Positions 1-14,673 are shown, counted from the stretch's first letter. The stretch is DNA of 64,000 nucleotides from Setoptus koraiensis (GCA_048013815.1 CM106585.1:17546001-17610000), one strand, 5' to 3'. The notes: a model not told the origin generated them from the letters alone. Translations and numbers: made by a program.

Positions 1-1
1 A

Positions 2-2229
2 GGAGCAAGGGAACTTGGTATGACAGTCTGCTCCCACATACTTGCACTCAAGCAAGAATTGAAAGAATACAACCGAAAAACTTATGGGAAGCCAGCAACC
101 ACCAACACTGATCCTTCGTGCTCCTCTAATATGGACACCTCTAGTACGCAAGCCTCTGCATCTTCTCAATCCAGCGATGCGACGGCAGTAAATCCATCAG
201 TGTCGCAGAGAGGTCTAGTCCACGACAGATTTACTAATGAATCAGTCATAATCACGGCACCAACTGGAACCAAGAGCGGAAGAGAAGTACAATTACCCTC
301 CATGGCATTGTTAACTTCTAAGAATTCGAGCCAATCATTTTTCCTAAGGATACTCAGAGTAATAATACAGTTGAGAGACCTCAAACCAAACAACACGCAA
401 CTAGCTCAAACCTCGGCAGCCCCGTTAGAACAGGCTATCCCATCTGCCTCTACATCTGCAGAATCTCAAGAGGCCCCAGTTACAGCAACAGTTTCGATGG
501 ATGTCGATTCGCAGAATGAAAAGACTCCTGAGGAGAACTTAAGTACAGAATTGAAATTAGAGAATCTGTGGGACACTCTCAGTAGCTGCTTACTCGAGCT
601 AGCTGAGACACCTGATCATCATGCAGTTTTAGTGCTCCAACCAGCAGTCGAAGCCTTTTTCTTAGTTCATTCACCAAATTCCATCCGCCGAACTGGTCAA
701 CTGGATGACTTATATAACGACCAAACAGCCCATATTGATCAAGAGATTGCTCCAGTCTCACCAGGAGATGCAACTACTCAGGCATCTGGTGATTCTCATG
801 GTATTTCTTCTGGAAATCTTCCACAAGACACGGAAAAATTCCTGAAATTCGCTGAAACTCATCGTGTTGTACTTAATCATATTTTGCGACAATCAACTAC
901 ACCACTCAGCGATGGCCCATTTTCTGTGCTTGTTGATCACACAAGGGTATTGGACTTTGATGTAAAGCGGCGTTACTTCAGACAAGAGTTGGAGCGTATG
1001 GATGATGGAGTACGTCGTGAGGACTTAGGTATTCATGTCCGTCGAGATAACGTTTTCGAAGAATCTTTCAGAGAGTTACATCGCCGCTCAGCAGAAGAAT
1101 GGAAGAATAGATTCTTTGTTGTGTTTGAGGACGAAGAGGGACAAGATGCTGGTGGCCTCCTCCGCGAATGGTATACTATCATTTCGAGAGAGATATTCAA
1201 CCCCATGTACGCACTGTTTTGCACATCACCTGGTGACCGAGTGACATATATGATCAATTCATCATCCCACTGCAACACCAATCACTTGACATACTTCAAA
1301 TTTGTTGGCCGTGTCATCGCCAAGGCAATCTATGATAACAAACTTTTAGATTGTTACTTTACTCGATCATTTTATAAGCACATATTAGGTAAGCTTGTAA
1401 AATACACAGATATGGAAAGTGAAGATTACTCATTCTATCAAGGATTAGTATTCTTGTTAGAGCACGACGTGAAAGAGCTCGGCTATGAACTAACATTTAG
1501 CCTAGAAGTCAGAGAATTCGGAGTGACAGAAGTTCGCGAACTAAAACCAAACGGATCCAATATACCTGTGACAGAGGAAAATAAACATGAGTATGTCAGG
1601 CTTGTGTGCCAAGAAAAAATGACGGGATCCATCAGGAAACAATTAAATGCCTTCCTCGAGGGATTCTATGAAATAATCCCGAAACGTTTGATATCTATTT
1701 TCAACGAACAAGAATTAGAGCTACTTATTTCTGGTCTGCCAAATATTGACATCGATGACCTTAAAGCTAGCACCGAGTACCACAAATATTTGCCCAACTC
1801 ACTCCAAATACAATGGTTCTGGAGAGCTTTACGATCTTTTGATCAAGCGGATCGAGCCAAATTATTGCAATTCGTAACTGGTACATCCAAAGTTCCCCTC
1901 CAAGGTTTTGCCTCTCTAGAGGGAATGAACGGAGTACAGAAATTTCAGATACATCGTGATGAGCGTTCTACTGACCGCCTTCCATCAGCCCACACCTGGT
2001 AAGTAACTTCAACGACGTGCTAGTATATGGATCATTTATGAAATAAGATGTATCTCCAAACCCAAATATTCAATATGAAACTAACATTTTTTTATCATCT
2101 TCTCACTTTCTGTCATCCCAAATCAGCTTCAATCAACTTGATTTACCTGTTTATGAAACCTATGATAAATTAAGACATATGCTCCTTAAAGCCATCCAAG
2201 AGTGCTCGGAAGGTTTTGGCTTGGCCTAA
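2..2229 (+). CDS. HUWE1: HECT E3 ubiquitin ligase HUWE1-like, 3' part. Frame is open to the window edge. Exons 2..1998 and 2127..2229.
   Basis: GARELG at the start, [28 protein letters not shown] motifs [10 protein letters not shown] and [21 protein letters not shown] intron 1999..2126 joins AHT-TG|C-FNQLDLP...SEGFGLA*, restoring the catalytic Cys. Confidence 0.96.
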
Positions 2230-3743
2230 TTTGATGAACATTATAGGACAGAAATGCGTTCTTCTAGCAACTAGCTAACCAATGACCCAATGAACAATGT
2301 CTCAAGAACTCAATGTGCTGTGATCTATATAGTGTATAGTATGATTGTCTATCTGGTTTAGTTGGTTCGTTTTAGCGTGAAACAGTTTAATTAAATGAAC
2401 AACAACAACTGTAACTAACTCGTCTCTAGCTTTGATTGACCTCATAGAAGCCAGTTCATGAGGTTCGCCAGTGGTCAATTTGATGGTTGTTATTGATGAT
2501 GACGCATTTGGGATGTTTGGTGTGTGGGGAGAACCACTTTATCGAAACTATTTCTTCTCTCTTTTGTGTGCTTGTGTATACAAACCAACCAACCAACTTT
2601 ACTACCATTGGTATGGTGACCATACTATGGTCAGTGATATCTGGTGAAGCATATGTATACACACAATTGTGGGTGATGGAGGGAGAGAGAGATAGAGAGA
2701 CGAAAAGAGTGATAAATTTCTTTTGCTGTTCTGCTACTATTGCCTCTATTACTACCATCACTACTGCGACTACTGCCACTAGTGGACCAGCGATTCTATT
2801 CGTCCCATGTGATATCCTGTTTGAATTACCATTCTACTGCCTCTCGTAGGAGAAGATATAAACTGAATGATGGTCCACTCAGCAGTGTAATGGTTGTTTT
2901 TCTTTGTCTGACGATGGTGCCGAAAAAGTGCCCATGCCTGTGCTTTATGAATTATTCAATCCATAAACTATCAGCATCTCGTGTGAGGAAGGAAATGGCC
3001 CTTTAGGTGGCTGGTAATATTGCTGACTGATTTGTAGCCGTTTCTTGTATTCGTCGTGGCAGTAGTGAATATTGGCCGGACTGCTGTGACGAGAAAAAGA
3101 AAGAAAAGGACCGAATTCATTTAGTTATATTTACTGGTTCGACCAAGCTACTGCTATTTTGGCATCGTGGGCATAATAAAAAAACGAGAAGAGCGAAAAA
3201 ACCTGCAAATTTCTGTATCGACATAACAGTTTCTTATACAGCTCGTGCAGTGTCGTACATTTGATGTTATTGTCCGGCCTTATTATTGTATTCAAGTCAG
3301 GAAGGAGCTTGTATGCGACAGATAGGTTCTCGTTGGAAAGAGAGCTACAAGAGTATATATATGAGGCTCCGATACGGTTGCTGGTTACACATGTCTGGAG
3401 ATAAGAGTGTGTTTTTATTAAACACTTCTACAGAGCGTGCGGCGGCTTAGCATGTCAAGCGACTGTAGATAGGTGATAGCGGCCAACCACTATAGTTGAC
3501 CAAAGTGGACCAACGCAAACTTGGCCAAATTTCGCCACATACACAATCGAGCCACTGTTTCCCTTGTCCGACATCTAAATGTCGGGCTAACGGACTGACG
3601 AACGGATAGACTTGCCTGGTTGTACATGTATATACATACACACATGTATTTATTATAGGAGCCAACTGACTCTCTGAGGAATTATGACTCGACATTATGT
3701 GCATTATGAGACCGAGAGCTGACTGGACGACCAGCAAATTCCT

Positions 3744-3746
<3 letters not shown>

Positions 3747-3780
<34 letters not shown>
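3747..3780. repeat. (TG)n microsatellite
   Basis: Perfect dinucleotide run. Confidence 0.95.
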
Positions 3781-3783
<3 letters not shown>

Positions 3784-6700
3784 TGTTGGTGGTGTTGTTT
3801 GTTTTTTTTTTGTTCGAGTTGACACATTGAGTAACAAAGCGATAATTGGCACGTACGATGTTGCTCAAAGTCGAGTTTCTCTTTGTTATTTTAGTTGTAG
3901 TTGATGCTGTTTTTGCGTTAATTTATGATCATCCTCACCAACTGGCAGGCCAACAACAACACTAACAAGTAGTGTGCTGTTGGTTGTTGATTGTCATGCT
4001 AGATAACGGGCAAGTTAGGCGCGTTAACAATGACTCTCGCTCGCCCCCTGTTTTCGTTCTTTTCGCTAGCAAATAGAGAGAATAGCCTGAAATAAGTCCC
4101 AACAGCGAGTCAAGATGCGACGACAACGAGCGAGCGAGCGACAATGAACAAAGGACCGCAAATACATGCTACAACACTCTTATTGGGCTCCACGGACGAG
4201 GGCACAGAAACACGCACAAACAGAGGGGCCCCAATAAGTAGAATAAGAAACAATATGCTCCCTGATTCTATTATATAATGACATAATGAAGTCTCGCCAA
4301 CACCAACAGCAACGCCAGCATCGACAACAACTACACAAAACACGGCTAATAATTGATTAATAGGTTACATGATGTAGTTCTAGTGTAATCTTGTTTCTAA
4401 ACAGAGGCCAAACGAACCAACAACAACGACAGCAACAACAACAATCTGACACAACGTTGGCTGGCCCCAACTCGCAACTGTCGAGGGGCCAAAAAAGACG
4501 ACGTGCTCAATTGAGCAAATAGCAGCAAATATATACGTTTTTCCTTTTTACTATTGCCAACGTGAGTGTGAGTGCATGTGGTTGTTCATGACTAGTTACT
4601 TGTTACTTGCTCCACTATTTCTATAATATACAGTCCGTATGTCCAAATAGAGACTGGCAATTGTTCCGCTAGCACGGCTACCGCCGCCACCACTGCTACC
4701 GCCGGGCTCGGTATCAGATTAATATCAGTTAGGCAAGCTCGCTAAGACTCTCAAGACGCGATCATCATCACCAATGTCACTCTCATACGATGATGAACTC
4801 TAACAATTAGTGTTGCTTGTGTTTGCCTACTCGGCTGGACTAATTTTCATTCATTTCAACTTTGTTTTGTGTTTGCGTTTGTTTGTTGGTTTGTTTGTTT
4901 GTTAGTTAACCATCATTATTTTGATTGGTTCTCGCTCAAACACGCACTCCTCGTGCAGCCAAGGATCATTAGTGGAGTAATTGGGCCCCGCTCCCAGAAA
5001 ACAGTGCGCGGCCGATTGGCACTGTTCTCTAGGAGCACATATGGGCGCATATAATAATATTTAAGTAATCAACGTTAGAGCTTTTTTTCGGCTCGGCGAC
5101 TACATTTGGCTCACGTGTCTGTTGTATTCACGATTTGATTACATCATACTGATCACACAATTGTGTCACCAGTATGAGCCAACAGGGGCTCCCGTTGGAC
5201 ACTGCTAAGAGCAAAGATAAGTTCTAGTGTACCTAGTGGTATTTTAAATGTTAGTGCCATCTGCTAATGCAGTTGCCTAGACACAAAACTAATGGCCCTG
5301 GTTAGGCGATAGCAGCCCCACGCAAGCACCAGCTGCTATTACCTAGCTGCTTACTGTAACAGTCGAGTAATGATAATTGAATTTTTAAATTAAACGGTGA
5401 AAAATGGTCCCAATCAATAACCGGTAATAACATTTCGCACAACGGTTGTTGGTATGTGAAATGACGACCATAAGCACTAATATAGGCAACTCACTAGGCT
5501 ACTCGAACTGGTTACACACCCACTCTACACACGCCGACAGTCTGGCTAAGTTGCTGTTGAGTAAGTGTGATTATAGCCTAAGGCTAATATTGGCTGTGTG
5601 TCGACACAACAACCACCACGACGATGACGACGACGACGACGACAAGCAAAATCACTGAAGAGAGCCAATATTGATGGCTGCTGGCTTGCCAACTGTGAGG
5701 CCAGCTACTCCATTGAACTCGAACAAACAGGTAGACTGCTCTTTTGACAAACTGTGCTTGGCCGGCTGACTTTGGCTGGCTGCTATCATCATTGTCTGGC
5801 GCACCAGAGAGATGTCACTTGCTTCGGATCACTTAGGGCACCATCAAGTTGCAAGATTTAATATTTGCCATGGGGTATTTGGTGTGGCGGATAGTGGAAA
5901 TTGAGGACAGACGACAACAAGAGGAAGCAGGTGGCTTCATTAGCGACAAACGTCGTTCGCGAGCGCTCATATCATGGCAAGTGTCACTTGCACCAGTCAT
6001 CATTTTCAACTGTCATTCACTGTTATCCAATTGGCAATATGCTCAATATGTTGTTGAGAGAATTTGCCTTTTCTTCTTCTGCTTTTGCTTCTTCTTCTTC
6101 GCAGCAACTTGAAGCAGGCGAGAATGCAACTTGTCACATTCTACAATGGCTGATGATGTTTGTCACACACACACACACACACACACACTGATAGATACAG
6201 TTTGCTTTGTCTGTAATTGTTTGCAGAGACAATTGCAAAGATTTGTTGTCGTTGTTGTCGTTGCATATGCTACTACCATTACTACCACCATTACTATTTC
6301 CAAATATCTGTATACCTAGTAGTGGCTTGTAGCAGCCACTAGTGCCACTGGCACAAGTGCAACAACTAAGCAACAACGAGCCACAAGCAAACTGAAACTA
6401 AACTACTGCTACCACTAGTGCAAATTGTGTGTATGGTTTGCGAAGTAATCGAGTGGAAATTGTCGTATATGTGCTCTATATATACGTCTAGTTTGGCCCG
6501 CTGTCTGAATGACTGTCTGTCTGTCTCTTCCTCTCTCTATTTGTCTTTTCGTTGTCGTATTTGTTGTTCGTCAATACAAACAATAAGATACGCTCCTTTC
6601 GATGGCGAATCTCTGACTGAGTAACTCTCGAGATTGTTCGGCCCATTCTTTGCCAGCCCGTCTGACTCAGTGGCTGGCCGCTGCTCCTGCTGCTATTGAG

Positions 6701-7596
6701 ACAGAGAACAGAAATATACCAAAAGTATAACCATTTATCGTGCAACTATTATTTTTCATTCTTCTCCTCTAAGCGTCACTCATCTGCTGCCCCTGCTGCT
6801 GCTGCCACTGGCACTGTTGTTGCTGTTGTTGTTGGCCGACAAATGGGGAGTATTGCCACCATCACTGCTGCTGCCTCCTCCACCAGCGACTAGTGATGGC
6901 GGTGGTAGTGGTGGTGGTAGTGGTGGCTATGGTGGCTATGGTGGCGATAGTGGTGATGGTGGCGATGGTGGTGATGGTGGCCTTGTTGAACTATGTGACA
7001 AACGGCGACAACTCATCCGATCCAAAGATACTTGTGTGCTCAACTGGGCAAGTTGGTGGTAGCTGGCAAGTCTTGTTTCCACTTTAAGTGGCACCACTTG
7101 CTTGCCACTGCCACTGCTACTGGCCCACCAGTCAGCGAGTAAGCGATGGAAGCACCATTTATTGTTGGCAATTGTTAGCACCGGCTGTCGATCGGTCCGC
7201 TGCAGGCTGAGTGATTGTTGTTTTGTCGGTTGTTGTTTTTATTGACACTTGGTTGTTGTGTGTTATGAACAATGATCATGATCGCTGAGTCACACAGCTC
7301 AGCCAAATCTGTCGGAGGTTATTTCGGCGACGATGATTCAATTTCACTCGCGACAACAGCACCGACAACGTATATCAGCTAAGCCCATTCAAGCCCATCA
7401 ATGGGCAACCGACACACGCACACACTGACTCTCCGTCACTGTATGTGTTGTATTCTCAGGAGATGTGGCCTAAATTTAAACAGCGGCAGCAGCAACAACA
7501 ACAGCAACAGCAGTTTGTCAGTTGTATTTTGCTCAAAAATTAACTGTGAAGCCATAGTGCCAACACAGGCTGTGTGTTTGCATTTTGTCAATCACG

Positions 7597-7636
<40 letters not shown>

Positions 7637-8070
7637 TGAGTAGCGGTACCTAGCTCCCTACTTTGTATATGAGCGTTAATTTGACTGGAGCTAGCCAGCC
7701 AGCCAGCCAGCCGACTAGTTGAAGCGGACACGGACAAAGAGCAAGCTCTATAGGTCGCTTAGGCGACTATAGGCTGCGTGCGGGGGCCCCATCAACTGTG
7801 ACTGTGCCAACTCGTCCATCATGGGCAAACTGGGCGTCTGCCAACACCTTTTTGTTGGCCAGATAGTTGGCAGTGGTATTAGTGTGTGAGCTGGTAACAG
7901 TAGGTTAGACAGCGGCCAGCGGTGGTTGCGACGGCGGTAGCGTCGGCGGCCCACATGTGCATAACATGAATCTGCTCTATGAACATTATCTGGCACCGCG
8001 AGCACCATTACCATGACGATGATCTATGCGTCCATTTGGACATGGTCATCAGATTCAATAAGTGGGCACT

Positions 8071-8135
8071 TTGGTCGCTGTTGGCCGCCGTTGGCCGCTG
8101 TCGGTCGCTGTTGGCCGCTGTCGGTCGCTGTTGGC
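8071..8135. repeat. 10-bp tandem repeat, ~6.5 units, consensus TYGGYCGCTG
   Basis: ttggtcgctg ttggccgccg ttggccgctg tcggtcgctg ttggccgctg tcggtcgctg ttggc. Confidence 0.9.
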
Positions 8136-10570
8136 GTTCCACTCGAGCTGGCGATTTTGGTCAAACTATCGACCACCAGCGAGGCCTCTATTTTTCTGCT
8201 CCTCGTCCCTGTGTTTGCATGTGTGTGCGTGTTATCCAACAAAAAGGAAGCTGATGATGGGATCCGGCAGCGGGGCGCGGCCGGAGAGGCGAGTGCTGAA
8301 GCGGAACGAATCATTTGGGTGTCAAATGAAATAGCTATGATTTGAATAAGCAGCGGCCACCGTACCAGCTAAGTGACAATCATTTGCACCATCCAAAACA
8401 AACATACACACACGACTACCGGCCAGCGCCAACAACATTATTATAAGTGAGCAAGTCGCTAAGAAAGCGGTGCTACCAATGTCCGTCATGTCACCACCAC
8501 CATTGATTTAGTGGACGCAGTGGCAGCGCTACCGATCGTCGCGCCGTATCAAGACTATAATTTTGTTGCTACATTCACTTATGCTCGTCATACACACACA
8601 CACACACACACACAACATATGTGTTTATATATCGGTGATGTTCATCGATATACTCACCGACGACGAGTTGCGTGAATCCACTAACAGTTAATGGATTTAA
8701 TGTTGGTGGACTCCGCCAACCAAGTGATGACCAGCAGATCCCGGCATTGATAAGTAATCGCGCTATTGCTCTTTCCATCATCTTGCTCAATCTCTCCCTC
8801 CCCCCTCGCTCTGGATAGTCTGGCACCCTCATGATGGTTTTATTGAGCGACCGTAGCCAGACCAATACCAATAGTCACCACCTAGTTTATCCGCGACAAG
8901 GTAACGACGCGGCGGGCGCGATAATCATCAAAGCCACTCATGATCCACTCTGGTGGGCCCAACCCGAAACTGGGCTCTTCGTCGGATTACATAAATTCGA
9001 CCGAGTGTATGATTCAGACAACATCTTGGTCGCTCAGACTACACTAAATAATTAGATATAACCAGTGATTTGGCCCCCGAACAGGCCAGATTATTTCGCC
9101 TGCAGCTCTGGCGAACTGCCATTGACAGGAGTCAGATTACTCCATCGTCTGTCTGCCTGTCGGGTCTGCCGTTGACCAGTTATGACGCGGTTATCCGTGT
9201 ATCGCTTCGGTGTTCAGCGTTCAGGCTTGCCAGCGTGGCCACCAGGCCTCATCTTAATCTCACCTACCATAACCAATTGGCTGGGCAAAAAGGTGAGATA
9301 TTTCAGCCTAAACACGGCCCTATCGATCGTTTTATCTGTTTGCACTATCAATGATGATTCAATTGAGGCAAAGCCATCGCAAAGCTGCCGAACCCTAAAG
9401 TGATTCATGAATGCCCATGCTCACCACTCGCCCTTCTACTCGCTTGCCAAAATAAATCCTAAATTCTGTGAGAGCCTCACTACTTTTCAGGCACAATGCG
9501 GCGCAATTCCCGTTTTCCACTGTCATAAACGAACTAATACCAAGAGAATGCCAGAATTAACAAACTCGCCCTCAAAGTTGCACCGCTGCTTCAGCTGCAA
9601 CGAGCAATAATCTTCTCAAAAAGCGCGATAATATCTAATCTGATGGCACACAAACTATTATGTTGTTGTGTCGCGCATCAGATAAGATATGAAACTCATT
9701 CATGGCCAATGATACAAACAGATATAATATCGATAGTTATAATCCGCCCGGAACCTCGCCAGAAAGCGCCAGTTCAATCAGCGTTCAAATATATTAAAAA
9801 GTCAATCTTTTCGTGCTGGTAATTGAATCGATATTGTGCTACACTTTTTTTTTCTATCCAGGCCAGATTTCGAAACAGATATAAAAGCCGGTCCCCAAGG
9901 TTTCTATGGGCAAATTGAGTGAGGCCAGATTTACTCTGGCAGATCCTCTAACAGAAACAACAACAAAAAGAGAGTGGCACAATCATGCTCGTGTGTGTAC
10001 CGGTTGCAATAATGGAATTCGCAATGGAACGGATATCAAAGAATGCAAGCAAGTTTCACGAATTAGATACCAAATGAGGCGAGCGCGTGCCTTCAATGGG
10101 GCCCTCACAGTGCAGTCTTTGTTTGAAAACTAGATTTCGACTGTCGTTGTGGTCGCTAGATGACGCCTTGACTGGTGGCCACAAGCGTCCATTGAGAGCT
10201 GCATTGTTGAGAGCGTTCGGACAACTATTGATGGCGATGGCCGGTGTGTATGAATGGATGAAAGAAGTGAAAAATAAGAATGCATAATTGTAAATAAAAG
10301 TATCTCAGGCAAACGGACGCTAATTATTACGTATTATGTAGTAAATAGTGTGATCAGCTGACCACAACAGGCTTCTCTGGGGCCGTCAGACTCTGACGGT
10401 CAGAGGATGCATTTGGGATAGTGGAGCGCCAGCATGTTTAGCACCGGTTTTGGGAGAGTTTGTGGCAGTGCCAGTGTCGCCTGTACACAATGCATGGATA
10501 GCACACTATACATTGTATACTGTTGTAAAGTGAGTGTACAGTGTCTAGTGTAGAGTGCACATTATACAGT

Positions 10571-10810
10571 GTTTACCATACAGGGTTTGTGTGTGCCCAT
10601 TACTTGAGGTTGGCCGCACAAAGAAGAAGGTGGCAATGGTGGCAAGGGGGTCGCGTTTGTTGTGGCGCAAGCCGCACACGCACATTGGACCGATTCGATG
10701 GCCAGTGTGTGTGTTTCCCCTCCATCATTCTCAATATATTTGAGTTGCTGGTGTCCGTCGAACTTTGCGCAAATCACTGGCGAACTAATAATGGCAAACT
10801 GAGCGGCAAC
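10571..10810 (-). repeat. Inverted third copy of the Runx-upstream element (matches ~12375..12650 and ~18120..18340)
   Basis: The reverse complement shares blocks such as gccattattagttcg, ccccttgccaccattgccac and caacctcaagta.tgggcacacacaaa with both other copies. Confidence 0.9.
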
Positions 10811-10917
10811 TAAGCGTGTAAAGAGAATGTACTGTATGGTGGCTTTGCGTTGTTTTCCCCTCGTCAATAAACCATTCTCATTATCTGTGTAACTGTGTGC
10901 GTGTGTTGCGCTGCCTC

Positions 10918-10953
10918 TAGTGCTGGCGTTAGTGCTGGCGTTAGTGCTGGCGT
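10918..10953. repeat. 12-bp tandem repeat TAGTGCTGGCGT x3
   Basis: Direct reading. Confidence 0.9.
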
Positions 10954-12096
10954 TCGTTCGGCGTTAGTGTTTTGGGGGCGGCGCTTTGTTATAGAGCGAC
11001 GCAGTGTATAATGCACACCGGTGCACAGAGTGTGTGTGTGTGCACAATTTGAGTTTGTTGCAAGTTGCAGCAAAAGCTCAAGATTTTGCACTCTCATATT
11101 TGTTGTTATGTATTGTTTCTATATTATGCCGCCGACAACGGCAACAACAACAGCGGCACCAACAACAACAACAGCGGCAGCCGCACACTGTGTCGAAGCG
11201 AACAACTGCCACTATTAGCAGCTATACTATTTGACTATCTAATGGTCAAATCTAGAGAATCTGTATCAACACTGGCTGTAAAGTTGCAGCCTCATAAGCA
11301 GTCAAGCGTGCCTGCATCTTAAGCTAGCGACTTAATGCCTTTGTGATATGGTCGAAAAATGTTTGTGGCATCATTGGCAGTCGCCAGTCGGTAGCCGGCA
11401 AGAGCGATAGCGAGAGGGAGCCAGCAAAAAAGTTTTGACTCTTGTCAAGTGCAACACCGTGTCGCCTTATCGGCCTGCTAGATACGCAATCGTGACCCTG
11501 CTCGCCAACTCTGTGCACACTGCTTATATATACTGTATACTGTACACACTTTATACACACTGTTGCAAGTTGCAACTGTCTCAACAGTGTAACATGGAAC
11601 CAAGAAAACTAAGCCAGTGGTTACGCTCACACACACGCTAACACTCACAGCATTACATAGATAATGAGAATGCTTTATTGACGAGGGGGAAACAATGCAA
11701 AGCCGCCATACGTTAAACACAGAGAGCGCCAGTGGCAAGTTAGTCGCTGGTAGGGGACACAAAGCGAACATCATCCCACCAAACCATCAACTGCCCATGC
11801 TCGCGGCTACCACCAACCCAAACTGTATTATAATATTGCGCACAGTTTGCCACCGCACTCACAATATAACTTACATCTGTGTGTGTGTGTGTGTGAGTGT
11901 GCGTGTGCGTGTGTGTGTGTGTGTGTGCAAACTTATACATACTTTACACTTTGTACTGAGTCACACCAAACTACGGCGCTGGTCGCAAGCCAATCACACA
12001 CACACACACACATAATTGTATAATATTCTAGTTTGATTATTTACTACATTGTGTGTGTGCATGCTCTATATACACAAGGGCCGTATACTGTGTACA

Positions 12097-12152
12097 GAGA
12101 ACTGTGTACGGAGAACTGCGTACGGAAAACTGCGTACGGAGAACTGCGTAAG
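12097..12152. repeat. 14-bp tandem repeat GAGAACTGCGTACG x4, just left of the duplicated Runx block
   Basis: gagaactgtgtacg gagaactgcgtacg gaaaactgcgtacg gagaactgcgtaag. Confidence 0.9.
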
Positions 12153-12171
12153 ACGGCGGGCTCAGCGGCAC

Positions 12172-12800
12172 ATGCGCATCAATGTGCGTTGCATAATGTG
12201 AGCCGAGGGGTCCGAACTGCTGGGGGACACTACAAACGAAACGCGCCGATGCGGTTTGTTGTGGCTGGCTGCAGCATATATTATGTGTACTGTGTGAGTG
12301 TGTGTGCGTTGAGCTGACGCGCCTCGGTGGCAGCAAACAGAAAGGCTGTTTGGGCCCACTTTGCACACTCACTGGGCGCTCAGTTTGCCATTATTAGTTC
12401 GCCAGTGATTTTGCAAAGTTCGACGAGCGCACAGAACAGAGACACAGAGAGAATACAGTACAGAGTCTGTACTGTACAGTATATTGAGAGTGACGGAGGG
12501 GAAGCGAGAGAGGGTCGTAGCGACTGGCCATCGAATGTGCGTGTGTGAGTTGCACCACAACTAATGCGACCCCCTTGCCACCATTGCCACTATCGCCACC
12601 TTCTTCTTTGTGTGGCCAACCTCAAGTAGTGGGCACACACAAATCCTGTATACTGGCAGCTCCAGCGGCGGTGGTAAAACTGGTGGTAGTGATGGTGGTA
12701 TTGGTAGTGGTGGCGGTGGTGGCAGTGGTAGTGGTGGCGGTGGCGGCACAACTTCTTTCTCTCTCTCTCTCTCATTCTATATCCAGTTGAATTCTATTGT
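12172..12800 (+). repeat. Upstream block duplicated with Runx; paralogous to ~17946..18500
   Basis: Shared atgcgcatcaatgtgcgttgcataatg, cgaaacgcgccgatgcggtttgt, GGT-rich run and (CT)n, in the same order and orientation. Confidence 0.9.
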
Positions 12801-12980
12801 AACAAACTCACTCACTTACAGACATGGGCAAGTTGGATAAGCGATAGAGCGATAGAGCAGCCAAACAGAACACAAACGAGCCAATAGTAGAGCCATAACA
12901 CAAACGTTTGCTCGCAACACTCAGCGCACTGCTACCCCCATTCAGTATCGCTATCAGAGTTCGTGAGCGCAGTTCGACAG

Positions 12981-12982
<2 letters not shown>

Positions 12983-13032
<50 letters not shown>
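12983..13032. repeat. (AC)n microsatellite
   Basis: Perfect dinucleotide run. Confidence 0.95.
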
Positions 13033-13034
<2 letters not shown>

Positions 13035-13470
13035 GCTGTGCTCGTAATGTTTGTGTGAGAGCGAACAGCGAACAAATCGAACGACAGCAGTTCGAAAAGG
13101 GGAATGATTATTACCTGAACAAATACATCAAGAAAGACAACAACTATACTGTGTGTGTGTATACGTTTGGATGTTGCGAATGAGCTAGATGCAAAATTGC
13201 TCGCATCATCATAACCATCAATATCATAACTATCACTATTATTATTATTACTATTATTAATACTATTATTATTATTATTACAACTAGCACTATTATTATC
13301 AGTTCTTGTAAATTTTGGCTGCATGAATTTTAGAATAACCATTTAAAATTGTAAACAAGGAAAGTGTCGCGTAATTATTGATTGAAACAAGCAGGAACTG
13401 CTCATCGCTATCTAACACTATCAAATTTATGCACGAAAAAGCGCACGCACATTCAGATCAACCTATATAA

Positions 13471-14596
<1,126 letters not shown>

Positions 14597-14673
14597 AAAC
14601 TTGTAGAAATGCAACAGTGTAAAGATCATGAGTGGTATATATAAATCTCTTATCTTATCTACAATAATTTAGT

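Larger units (their letters stand above)
2400..13450. other. ~11 kb gene-poor, microsatellite-rich tract upstream of Runx-A, probably cis-regulatory
   Basis: Only short low-complexity ORFs; many (CA/GT)n, (CAA)n, (GGT)n and (ATT)n runs; no recognisable domain. Confidence 0.6.

Noticed and set aside
8575-9610. Complex-looking ORFs and a minus-strand GTGAGT donor near 8640; checked for a third, inverted Runx gene
   Set aside because: No Runt or other recognisable motif in the frames I translated, and the frames are short and discontinuous.
2456-13342. Dozens of 60-130 aa ORFs (poly-HT, CV, GGS, TTT)
   Set aside because: They are translations of microsatellites and low-complexity DNA, open in several frames, with no domains.
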